Assembly (NCBI GenBank): GCA_002269645.1
Contig: NIVC01000191.1
Location: forward strand, 1 to 38,148
Direction: 5' to 3'
Source of the DNA: Macrostomum lignano
Taxonomy: Eukaryota
Length of the DNA stretch: 38,148 bases
Of this stretch, positions 1 to 11,461 are shown piece after piece (the first letter of the stretch is position 1; the number at the start of each line of letters is the position of its first letter). The notes beneath the pieces were generated by a model. That model searched no databases. It was not told the DNA's origin and saw only the letters and a list, made by a program, of their open reading frames with translations. The position numbers and the translations under genes are program-made.

Positions 1-1692
1 TTGATTTGGGGTTCCTTGGCGCAATTTGGGATCCTGGCGCCAAATTTAGCTTCCGGCGCCAATTCGAGCTTTCCCGCGCCAATTTGAGCTTTCCAGCGCT
101 AGTTTGAGCTTTCCAGGGCTAGTTTGAGCTTCCTAGGGCTGGTTTGGCCTTCTTGAGTTGATTTGGGGTTCCTGGCGCCAAATTTAGCTTCGGCGCCAAT
201 TCGAGCTTTCCCGCGCCAATTTGAGCTTTCCAGCGCTAGTTTGAGCTTTCCAGGGCTAGTTTGAGCTTCCTAGGGCTGGTTTGGGCCTTCTTGAGTTGAT
301 TTGGGGGCGCCAATTTGGGGATCCTGGCGCCAAATTTAGCTTCCGGCGCCAATTCGAGCTTTCCCGCGCCAATTTGAGCTTTCCAGCGCTAGTTTGAGCT
401 TTCCAGGGCTAGTTTGAGCTTCCTAGGGCTGGTTTGGGCCTTCTTGAGTTGATTTGGGGTTCCTGGCGCCAATTTGGGGATCCTGGCGCCAAATTTAGCT
501 TCCGGCGCCAATTCGAGCTTTCCGCGCCAATTTGAGCTTTCCAGCGCTAGTTTGAGCTTTCCAGGGCTAGTTTGAGCTTCCTAGGCTGGTTTGGGCCTTC
601 TTGAGTTGATTTGGGTTCCTGGCGCCAATTTGGGGATCCTGCGCCAAATTTAGCTTCCGGCGCCAATTCGAGCTTTCCCGCGCCAATTTGAGCTTTCCAG
701 CGCTAGTTTGAGCTTTCCAGGGCTAGTTTGAGCTTCCTAGGGCTGGTTTGGGCCTTCTTGAGTTGATTTGGGGTTCCTGGCGCCAAATTTAGCTTCCGGC
801 GCCAATTCGAGCTTTCCCGCGCCAATTTGAGCTTTCCAGCGCTAGTTTGAGCTTTCCAGGGCTAGTTTGAGCTTCCTAGGGCTGGTTTGGGCCTTCTTGA
901 GTTGATTTGGGGTTCCTGGCGCCAATTTGGGGATCCTGGCGCCAAATTTAGCTTCCGGCGCCAATTCGAGCTTTCCCGCGCCAATTTGAGCTTTCCAGCG
1001 CTAGTTTGAGCTTTCCAGGGCTAGTTTGAGCTTCCTAGGGCTGGTTTGGGCCTTCTTGAGTTGATTTGGGGTTCCTGGCGCCAATTTGGGGATCCTGGCG
1101 CCAAATTTAGCTTCCGGCGCCAATTCGAGCTTTCCCGCGCCAATTTGAGCTTTCCAGCGCTAGTTTGAGCTTTCCAGGGCTAGTTTGAGCTTCCTAGGGC
1201 TGGTTTGGGCCTTCTTGAGTTGATTTGGGGTTCCTGGCGCCAAATTTTTAGCTTCCGGCGCCAATTCGAGCTTTCCCGCGCCAATTTGAGCTTTCCAGCG
1301 CTAGTTTGAGCTTTCCAGGGCTAGTTTGAGCTTCCTAGGGCTGGTTTGGGCCTTCTTGAGTTGATTTGGGGTTCCTGGCGCCAATTTGGGGATCCTGGCG
1401 CCAAATTTAGCTTCCGGCGCCAATTCGAGCTTTCCGCGCCAATTTGAGCTTTCCAGCGCTAGTTTGAGCTTTCCAGGGCTAGTTTGAGCTTCCTAGGGCT
1501 GGTTTGGGCCTTCTTGAGTTGATTTGGGGTTCCTGGCGCCAATTTGGGGATCCTGGCGCCAAATTTAGCTTCCGGCGCCAATTCGAGCTTTCCCGCGCCA
1601 ATTTGAGCTTTCCAGCGCTAGTTTGAGCTTTCCAGGGCTAGTTTGAGCTTCCTAGGGCTGGTTTGGGCCTTCTTGAGTTGATTTGGGGTTCC
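1..1692. repeat. Satellite array, 159-bp higher-order unit (139-bp variant) built of eight diverged ~20-bp monomers; runs off the left edge
   Basis: Unit starts at 897 and 1056 (159 bp); 758 to 897 is 139 bp and lacks one TGGCGCCAATTTGGGGATCC monomer. About 11 units; scattered single-base indels. A degenerate monomer follows at about 1708-1732. Confidence 0.97.
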
Positions 1693-4527
1693 AAGCGTCA
1701 CAAGCGATGATTTAGGGATCGTTGCGCTAGTTATTACACTTGGCTTAGACCACCGGAAATTTATCTGTAGTATAACAAATGTAATAATTTATTGATAAAA
1801 AAAACTGATGCGATCGGTGGGTTCTGTTTTGGAGAAAAAAATACGTTTATTTATTGTATTTGCATTTTATTTTACTAAAACACTTAATATGCCTATCTTA
1901 TGTGAACAAACTAACAGCCGCAAATCTAAAACAGATTTTTCTCGCGCTGCGTCATTAGTTCTCCTAGTGTTTCTTTGTTTACCATAGCTGATGCGTTACA
2001 TCGGCAATAATTTTTTCTTCTAGCTATCATAAAAGCTATGGCTGATGTGTGTGTAGCCACGTATTCGCTAATCGCATAGCTTTTTTGTAATATATTAATT
2101 ATTGTGTAAATATTTGTGTAAATTGTGACGTGTAGTTTGTAATATATGTAATTTTTTGTCATACATCATTGTGTAAATTGTGACGTGTAGTTTGTGTAAA
2201 TATTGATACAATAGTAGTATGTGATGAAACTGACTTGCGAATGACCTGTCGACCTGATTCCTGGCACTTTTTGTGCTGAAATTGAGACGAGAAGGCCTTT
2301 CAAATCTAGATATATATTTGCATGAATTTAGTTATACAACTAGAGCATTATGGACATTCATTCAAGCATACAAACAAACCTTAGAGATTTAGTATATTTA
2401 GATTGTGTAATAATATAATATAGACCTTCAAGTTTGTAGGCAGTGCATAGAGCAAGGGCCAATAACAAAAAATAATATGGTGATCCTGGCTACTTCAAAT
2501 GAATACCTTCTAGAGATTTGAGGGCTTATTTGTGATGAATTAACTGATGAATCTGTGACAGTGACACAGCAACTGTGACCAGAGTATTAAGAATTTTTTA
2601 AACTTAAGCATCTTAGATATGCTTGTCATATGTCAGTGACAGTAGATCTCATTTGTTGCTAGACAGCAGGTTGGTTGAAGTACTACTTCTTAAATAGCTA
2701 GGTAACAGCATTGCTCTTAGGCTACAGTCCCACTTTGTATTTTTCATTGCACACCTTACACTTAAATAATCTTTTTCCTATATGCACCTTGGAGTCAAGA
2801 GTGGAATATATAGTGAGTAGGGCCTATGTCAGGTGGCTCATTCCAGCCAGATAAGATAGACATATTTGGAAAATAGTAAAAAGTCAATATTTTGCTCACC
2901 ATTGCCTTGCTAGCTAATTTTTCTGCCAAATGTTCTTTATGTATAATATAAGCCTATACTAGCATACAATCTAAAAATAAAGGCAATTGTCATTTGTCCA
3001 GTTACTGGATTATGACCATGCTTTCTTATTCATCTAGTTAATACTGGACAAATAGACATTTTGTTATTTGTCCAATTAAATTAATAATGCTAAAAAATCT
3101 ATTTCATAGAAACTACAAGGATAAATATTCCTAGACTTTAAAGACTTCTTATTTGTATCTTGATTATTAGTTTATTATGTTGTTATACTAGTGTGTCTTA
3201 TATACAAAATTATGCCAAATTGAATACATTGCTTTGCTAACAGTATATAAGAAAATATTAATTAATATACAAGAAAAGGTCTTAAAAATTTAGAATATTC
3301 ATCATAAAACAAACAGATACTTGTGTTAGCAATTTAAGCAGACAAATAGCAAAAAGGCTATTTGTCCAGTCATTGGACAAATAACAAATGCCAAAAATGA
3401 ATGGTAAAATGTTGGATTAGTATAATATCAGTTGGCAAAAAGCTATTTTTATAAAAAATTGGACATTTTTTTAAGCAAAAGACATCATTAACTTTGTGTA
3501 CCTTTTGAAAACAAATAAAAAGCTTTGGAAGATTGAAACAAACTATAGATAAAATTATAGTATTTGCATAATTAGATATAAACATTAATGGCCATATAAT
3601 CTATTAAATTTTTAATCTATTGGTAATTCAAAGTTAGTGAATTGACAGAAAAAAGTTAAAACCATAATGTTATGACCATAAGGCTGCCTATTCTTTTGTA
3701 CCTTTGTTGCCTTTAAATAAGTTTAAATATTCTAATAAAAAAGTATGATTTCTTTAGATGTTCTTAGTCAAATTAAAAAACAGAATATCAAAAATGATAA
3801 ATGTTATTTAAGACTTTTATCTATTAGTTTCTATATGTTTCTATATTGTTATCAAGCCTAAGAAGAACTTTTTCAGTGCATGATTCTGTGACTATAAATA
3901 TGTAAATATAATATTCATATAGAATTCTTTTTGTTAGGATAAATAATATATATTTATATATTATAATTTATTGGAATATTCCAAATAAAATAAAACTGAT
4001 AAAAACTTTGTGGGCATTTGTGTTGTGGCTCATTAAACTGCAACTATTAAAACAAAAAATGTATACATCTAAAATTTATAAATTAAAATCAAAGAGCCAC
4101 TATATGCAGGTAGGCCTACCCTTTTTCATAGACATAAGGACCCAGAAAAGACTTGTAAGAAAATACAACAATCAAGAATACAAGATGAAGTGGAAAATTT
4201 AGAAAACATATTCCAAAGCATCCCAATTACACCAAATAATAATTTAAGCTGCTTATTATATACTTATAAACACAACTCAATGCAATATGGCTATGGATAA
4301 CAAATTATAGACTATAAATCTGCTAGATTTTAATCAACTTTAATCAAATCAGCTGATGCTCCAAGCCAGCCACTGCCTGAGCTGCAATGCCTGAGCAGGT
4401 TGCCTTGCAGGTGGCTGAGCAGATGGCTAAGCACCTGCTCTAAAAAGACACTGATATAGATAAACACCTTTTGAGCTTAGCATATGATGTAATATACAAT
4501 TCAGAATGATCCTCACGAATTTCAGCA

Positions 4528-7318
4528 ATGATTTCGTCAAGAAAACTAAATGCGAAATCGAGAAAAAGACAATCTGAAGTAGTACTGATGACTGGCCAAC
4601 GCGGAAGGCCAAGGATATTGCGAACGTCTAATGCGCCTAATGCATTGGAAAGTACTACATCGATTGCCACGGCTTCCTCGTGTTCCACAGTCACTGGCGG
4701 CAGTCTTTCACAAGATCTGGGTGCAGGAAACCATGACTCTATGCCTGAACAGATTAGTAATAAGTTTGAACAGCCGCCTAAATTCACGGAATGGGAAGAC
4801 TACACGGCCATTGTGGAAAGTTACACTGCCGGTTATAAACAGTCATTCGAGTTAAAATGCTGTGTTCGTTGCGACATGCAGCCTGGAGTTTTCCGATGCG
4901 TTCATTGTCAGTACGATGTCTGCAGTGATTGTAAAAAGATAACGCATGGAAATTTTGCTGCTCACAAGTTCCTCCAGTGGAATGTAAGTTGTTTTAAAAT
5001 CTAAATTGCAATTTCTAAGGATATTAGTTTACTGTGAAGAAAACAATGACGCCTATTTGGCAGTATAACGCTGTATTAAATTTGACGTGAAACAAAAGTA
5101 TTTAGAATGCTAATAGCCTTAGTACGGAATAATATTTTTATAACACCGCATACAAAATTTAACCCTTTTTCCTAGGCTCAATCGCTAATGTTTGAAGACA
5201 TTCAAGAAGAAGAGCCTGTCTCTCTATTCTGCTGTAGCGAATCAAGCTTGTCTTCTGAGTTTACAACATCATCCGAAATTCAGATTATTGACATCAACGG
5301 AATTGTTTGCGCCAGAATTTATACGTGCCAATCCTGTGATAAAGTTGATGCCATGCTAGCAAAAGGATACTTTCCTGGAAGCGAGTCACGCGTTGGCGAA
5401 TTGTTAACATTTTTTTCAATTAGCTTTCTATCAACTCTTGACTCCTTGTGCTTTGACGGTCAACTGCCACTGTCTCGTGCAATTACCTGTCTTTTCAAAG
5501 GCTCCGTCGTAGGACAAGGTCGCTGGAACCCTGGTTTAGCCGATCGAGTGTATCAGAGATTGCAGCGTAATGGAGTCCTACTGCGGTTTCGAGAGTTGCA
5601 GAGGTGTTCAGCAAGCTGGCCTGCTAGTTGTCTTTTGTGTCCTGACCAAAATTCAAGTCGGAAGTCTGTAGTTTGTGCTGATGCTCTATTTGGATGGCGA
5701 AGACTACAAAGTATGGGTTCGAAGCAACGTCTAGTGCCAGATTCTGAACGCTCATTGCCGTCACCGCTTATTCATGTAGAACCAGCAACTGTACCGCCTC
5801 CTACGACACAAGTGTCTGCAGAAGGCTGCACTAACTGGAAGGCTGGAACAGAAAAACCCGTGATCAGGGCCAGCAAGCACGATGTCAACGGTTTCTTTGG
5901 CTTATTTTGCCGGCATAACAGGCTTCTGACAGGTTGCAACATTATTACAGCTGGTGAGGGCCTGTGCTATCCAGAACAGACTCTTCGTCATTACCTAATG
6001 ACACAGCCCGTCTCAAAGGATCTCATTTTTATCTATGATGTTGGTGAGTTGATTTTTATCGTGTTTCTATCATGCTGCACTTATTTACACTATACACTTA
6101 TAGTGTGTGCTTACTTATGCTTGTGCTTACTTATGTACGTGCATGCGTACTGCGACACGAAGCTCAATTATTTATTCATTTAAAAACTTTTTCCTAAAAT
6201 CAGGTTGTCGCATTTCCAATCGTGTCAAGTCCATGGTGTCAGCATCTGGTGTACAGCTTAACAGTGTCACGTGCGCTGTGAACGCCTTTCATGTGCTGGG
6301 CCACGAGAGACAATGCCAACTAAAGTACTCCGTGCGGGTAACTCCTGGAGCGGGTCTTTGCGACGGGGAGAATACGGAGCGCGCTTGGTCTGCACTACGA
6401 CCGTTTGGTAAAAGCTTAAAGTACATGCGGTCCGATCGCAGAAGTGCTTGTATGTCTTACATTTTGCATTGCTTCAATGCTAATCAGTTGTTGTACGCCT
6501 CCAATTGGTTTTCTGCTCGATTAAAACTAATAACTCGCACAGCCGCGTCTTGTTCAGCTGAAATGGAGCAATTGCTTCTACAAGCTGGCGATTTGATGCG
6601 GAACAACAAATTAACTATTCCTGCCGGAATCTCTGAGGTAGCCATTTTAAATCTTGCTCAACAATGGCATGCAGAAGCCATAAATCCCAATAGCGACTCT
6701 CCATTGAGCAGGGAACCTTACGCAAAGCTTAAGGCACTTGCTTTGGAACGATTCTATTGGATCCGTCAGAGTGGCTGCTCAGATGGACAAAAAGAAAATC
6801 GAGCATGTCTACGCAAGGTTGCGGCTTTAAATGCAGACATTCGAATGGCCGCCCGCTCGCTTCCGCCAGGCCTTCGCGTGCCCACTATGATTCAGCTTCG
6901 CGACTTCCAGTCAGACTTCTACTTCGGTCTTTCGATCGATGTGTCTGAGAGGTTCAAGCGACGGGTGGTTGACTTGTATCACAAGCTGAATCGTCTAGCG
7001 GAGGAAAAGATCATTATTGTGCAAGAGTGGCGTGACGTTCAAATTAAACTTGAACAGCACTGTGAAACACTCCATCATCAACCTGGATTGCCAGCCCAGT
7101 TTCGATGCCTCTTTCAGACTATTTTAAAGCAACTTCAAGCTCTTCGCTTTGATCACATTGACGCAAGCATTGAAGCTGCTGCTGCTGATGCGCAGCATCC
7201 AAACGACGCTGGTACCAACGTAAATCAGCCAGATGACGTTGAAGCCCCGAGTCATTCAGACGTTGAATCAAGTCGTGAGCAGTCTGAGTCAGATGAAGAA
7301 TGGATTGATAGTATTTAA
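4528..7318 (+). CDS. CxC cysteine-cluster + KDZ (Kyakuja-Dileera-Zisupton) DDE transposase, three exons, 812 aa predicted
   Basis: Exons 4528-4983, 5176-6043, 6204-7318 (2439 nt, in frame; donors GTAAGT and GTGAGT, acceptors CCTAG and ATCAG). N-terminal CVRC..RCVHCQYDVCSDCKKITH..AHKFLQWN cluster. KDZ-type motifs CADALFGWRR, FCRH, GEGLCY, YDVGC (formed across intron 2), FHVLGH..CQ, GAGLCDGENTERAWS. Confidence 0.9.
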
Positions 7319-7481
7319 TTCCGAAACTCGATTACTTGAAACTGTTATCCATAGGATAATCATATTTCGGATGTAAACTAGCTTGTTTACATGAAATTCT
7401 AAACCAGTTTATAAACGTATACCGATTTCTCTTAGAAATTTACTGTAAAGTTTACAGCCTACCAAAGTAAGCAGTATTTCA

Positions 7482-7773
7482 GCTTTCAAAAAGCTGGCCG
7501 CTTTGCATTTCTTGCTGTGGCTTCCCGCTCTTAGTGGCGGGATTGATCCTTAGTTCAATGCTGCAAAAGACCGCTGTGCACTGTTTACTGTGCTGTGGAA
7601 TTTGTTTTGCTCTGCAAAGTGAACTATGGATTAACCCCCTGAACGGTGTTCGGCCTCTTCGTGGCTCAGGGGATCCACGATTCACTTTTAGAATCGGCTA
7701 ACTGAGCACCATTTTTTCTTGTTCATTTTTCTTTTATACTTCTGTTAACAATTTTAGATATTTGCTTCACTGA
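7482..7773 (+). repeat. 292-bp direct repeat, copy 1 (163 bp after the transposase stop)
   Basis: GCTTTCAAAAAGCTGGCCG...GATATTTGCTTCACTGA matches 11462-11753 (offset 3980); no differences found by eye. Confidence 0.97.
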
Positions 7774-8451
7774 TTGAAATTTATAACTACGAGCAACTTT
7801 CTTGAATGTGTTTTATTCTCTCGTTTGTATTACTTAATATTTCATGCATTTATATGCAGTCGCCTGTCGTTGCAGCGAGAGGCGCATATGCGTCTTACTT
7901 TTGTCCCTTTTCGTTGTACTACACTTTGACACTCACTGCAATTTGTCAGTTCTCTTATGTTAGCCTGCGTTTAGACGCCCGCTATGCCAATAGTATATTT
8001 GCATACTGCTTCAAAGATAGCGCGAAAGTATAATAAAAGTGGAACTAGTAATCGTGATATACACATTTTTGTCTTTTACTTTTGTTACGTGTTAACCATA
8101 AGCAATAGCAGTGACCCATCCCGCCATGCACTCATTATCCCATTTATAGCAGCACTTTAGGCTTGGCTGGGGAGATTGAAAATGTAACTGCCCACACTAA
8201 CTAATGGCACCCTGCTTGGCCTGTAGCCTTATTGACTCGGACTCGAGGGTTTCAGTTGAGAGGAAAGGATGTTCATGTTGGAAGATAGACCTGGTTCCGA
8301 TCAGAGGATAGGAGATTCAGATGTGAGATTCAGAATTTTTTATACTCTAAAGCATTTCCTCTCCGTCATTGTCTTAGAATACAAAAATTAAGACTTAATT
8401 TGCCTAACCTCCCTGGAAGCAGTATAATAATAAGCCCACAACGTTTTCCCG

Positions 8452-9069
8452 ATGCTCTTGAATGTCACCCGCGGGACAATGTCTCACATGGTGCAGGTTC
8501 ATACGCAGATTTCCTGTTTGATCTGCAATGCTTGGACAGGACGCGCATCTGGTTTCAAGGTACATTGCAATCGAAAGCACCCTGATGCCACTGAAGAGCA
8601 AATTGATGCCACAATCCGCCTTTTTGGACTTTTAAAGGCAAAGAAGCGAACCGAATCGGGTTACCTCTATCAGTGTCCTGTTTGCAGTGTTATCACTTCG
8701 AATTTACCAAGCCATGTTAGGGTAAAACATGGAAAGCAATCTAAGACAAATGGAAATTCGCAATCTACCTATAACTTAGACGAGGCTAAAGAAAACGCTG
8801 AAGTTTTAATTTCTAAGCTGCAATCACTAGCCGCCAGGAACCCCTCCGAAAAGTGTGCCGATTCACAGCTCTCCGGTCCAAGTGTTTTACGTTCAAACAT
8901 TTTCAATTGCCCTGATAGCCATTGTACATGCCCCTGCCACAGTTGTAGTGTAACTACGTTAGACAATGATTTCAATGGCTTTTTTAATCCAGCTTCTCCC
9001 AGCGTTTCGTTGCAACAAAATGCAAATCCTACAATTTCGAATTCCGTTTCACTACTCGATTTGCTTTAA
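8452..9069 (+). CDS. Double C2H2 zinc-finger protein (205 aa ORF)
   Basis: CLIC..GFKVHCNRKH and CPVCSVITSNLPSHVRVKH; extra CPDSHCTCPCHSC cluster; ATG start and TAA stop. No suitable donor found linking it to the next exon. Confidence 0.7.
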   Translation: MLLNVTRGTMSHMVQVHTQISCLICNAWTGRASGFKVHCNRKHPDATEEQIDATIRLFGLLKAKKRTESGYLYQCPVCSVITSNLPSHVRVKHGKQSKTNGNSQSTYNLDEAKENAEVLISKLQSLAARNPSEKCADSQLSGPSVLRSNIFNCPDSHCTCPCHSCSVTTLDNDFNGFFNPASPSVSLQQNANPTISNSVSLLDLL

Positions 9070-9431
9070 AACTTCAGTGTGACTGGCAACCTAATGCTAC
9101 TATGCAGAAATTCGGGACTGTAATGCGTTATCAAGTCCGTTGTATCGCCCAACCTTTCAAATAAACATTTGATTTGATCTGTTCAGCTGCCTTTTATTAT
9201 TGTCCTGAGACTACGAGCGAGCGGAACATGCCTTCTTTGCTTTCAGTCTGACAGTCTTTAAGAGTGCATTGTAAAGTACCTATTACCAAGATGCCTAGTT
9301 CATTCATCTTTCACCGTAGTTAAAGGTTTCATTTTGATTTTTCCTCATTTTCAGAAAGTTTGCGCGACACGTTTTATCGAGAACTAAATTTTACTCTAAA
9401 CGTTTACGTTGAAAACTTGAATCAATTCAAT

Positions 9432-11393
9432 ATGGACCCTGACCAGTTTATTTGCCCGATGTGTGACTATTCCACCAATCGGTCCGCCACCCTCCTTCGA
9501 CACGCTCGAAGCAAGCATACAGCAAACTACGATCGAGTCGAAGCCTACATTCTCTACAAACGTTGGCATGGCAAAAGAGATTTAAAGCTTTGCCAGCTGT
9601 GCAGCTCATTTGCCGCCTCTAATATGAGACAACACATGCGGCTGTGCCATTTCGGCGAAGCATTTGTTGTCGGCCGTGCAGCCGTAGCTGATGCGAGGGC
9701 AAGGGCATATGACAGAATTGAGGGCCTGCGGTTGTTGGCCTTTTACGGCATCCGGCCTCAACTAAATCTTAATCCAGCCTTGCCGCTTGAAAGCCTGCCG
9801 GAATCTGCCGCCGCTATAACAATGGACGCGGACTTAGCTACCGACGCTGAAATGGCGACCTCCAATGAGGTGTGTTAAACTAAAATTTGTGTCCATGGTT
9901 TTTTGTTGTTAAAACGCTGCGGCCTGTAACCTTGAAAGCATCAGGTCGCGGGTCAGGTCAGGTCGCAACTTTTCTTAAAAAGTTGAATGTTTGGTAAATT
10001 TGAGAAGATGAAAGTGAAAAATGAATAAATAAAAGCTTTTAGATACTTTGCTCAAAAGGAAATATTAGGGATTAACAACAAGGGGTGGGGTCTTTTATGC
10101 TGGCCCATGGTTTATGGTGTAGAGCAATTATCTTACCATCAGCTGGGTTGCATGTATGTTTAATGAAAATAACAAAGGGTTACGTTCATCTTTAATTGCA
10201 TGTTGTAACCATTATGATGTACTTTTTTCTTCACTGTCAGGTTCCCCTTAGCGTTCGGCTCCAAAGAGGAGAAGCCAATAAAGATGGCCTGTCCAATGAT
10301 CCGCCTTTCGAGCCGACTGTGACTTCGCCTGAGGACTCAAATAGCCACGCTGCTGCGGTTGCCCCTCCTGCAATGGCAGCTAATCGCGAGCTTCTGGTCC
10401 CGGAGTCTGCCGCTGCTGCAACTATAGACGTCGCCTTATCTACCGACGCTGTACCGGCGACCTCCAATGAAGTAAGTTGGTCAAACTAAATGAAGTCCAC
10501 AGTTTATTGTGTGAAACAGTGTTCTTAGGAACAATTTTGTTGCATGTTTATTCAATGCAAAGATTAAAGCGTTGGGGTTAATCTGCATTTGTATGCCGTT
10601 ACCACTATGAATCATTTGTCCTCTTCATTTTCTTCACTGTCAGGTTCCCCTTAGCGTTCGGCTCCAAAGAGGAGAAGCCAATAAAGATGGCCTGTCCAAT
10701 GATCCGCCTTTCGAGCCGACTGTGACTTCGCCTGAGGACTCAAATAGCCACGCTGCTGCGGTTGCCCCTCCTGCAATGGCAGCTAATCGCGAGCGTCTAG
10801 TCCCGGACACTATCACAACTCCGGACGGAGCATGCACGCCGCTCCTTCACGTGACGCCTCACGGCCGAGCTAGCCGTGGGAGTCCAGAGCGATCCCTGCC
10901 GACCGAAATGGCGTCTATGAGGCAACTCACTATGGCCGATGTGGTTCGACAGACAATGATTTCTACCGGCAACGTCGTGGTTCAGGCCGGTAGCGTCGAC
11001 GCAGAGGGTCTGGGGGCATTTGCCCGTACGGACCTCCCAAAAGGCACTGTCGTCTGTACTTACGGTGGAGAATTAATCCAAGGACAAAAAGCACGCCTCG
11101 CCCGGGAGGAAGATATTGTAAAGCAAGGGAAGCCATGCTGCTTCTTGTTTTTCTTTTCCTGGCGAGATCAAGCTTATTGCATCGACGCAACCAACACTTT
11201 CCAGTACGTCGGTCGGTACATTAACCATAGCCGGCGAAGAAATAACTTGAAGCCGATTGTTGCTGATGTAAACAATAAACCGCATCTGGTCTTCCAAGCC
11301 ATTCGAGACATTGCTCGAGGCGAGGAGCTACTCTACGATTATGGAGAAAGGCGCTCGGATGTGCTTCGACTGCATCCGTGGCTTAAAGACTGA
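9432..11393 (+). CDS. SETD8-like: Double C2H2 zinc finger fused to a PR-Set7/SETD8 (KMT5A)-like SET domain; three exons, 472 aa from ATG 9432
   Basis: Exons 9432-9869 (acceptor at 9354/9355, frame open upstream), 10241-10471 and 10644-11393, both junctions phase 0. Fingers CPMC..HARSKH and CQLC..SNMRQHMRLCH. SET motifs EGLGAFA, YGGELI, CFLFFF..YCIDAT, GRYINHS, PHLVFQAIRDIARGEELLYDYG, and a C-terminal HPWLKD matching the SETD8 family end. Confidence 0.88.
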
Positions 11394-11461
11394 AAGGCTA
11401 AGTTTATTCTCTGAAACCATCAGCCCCCGTTGCATGGGGAGTTCGCTATAAGATTTTATCG

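Noticed and set aside
1-1692. Satellite or the 34878-34966 triplet as a CRISPR array
   Set aside because: No unique spacers in the satellite, no cas genes, eukaryotic context.
1926-4202. Short AT-rich ORFs
   Set aside because: Composition typical of non-coding AT-rich DNA.
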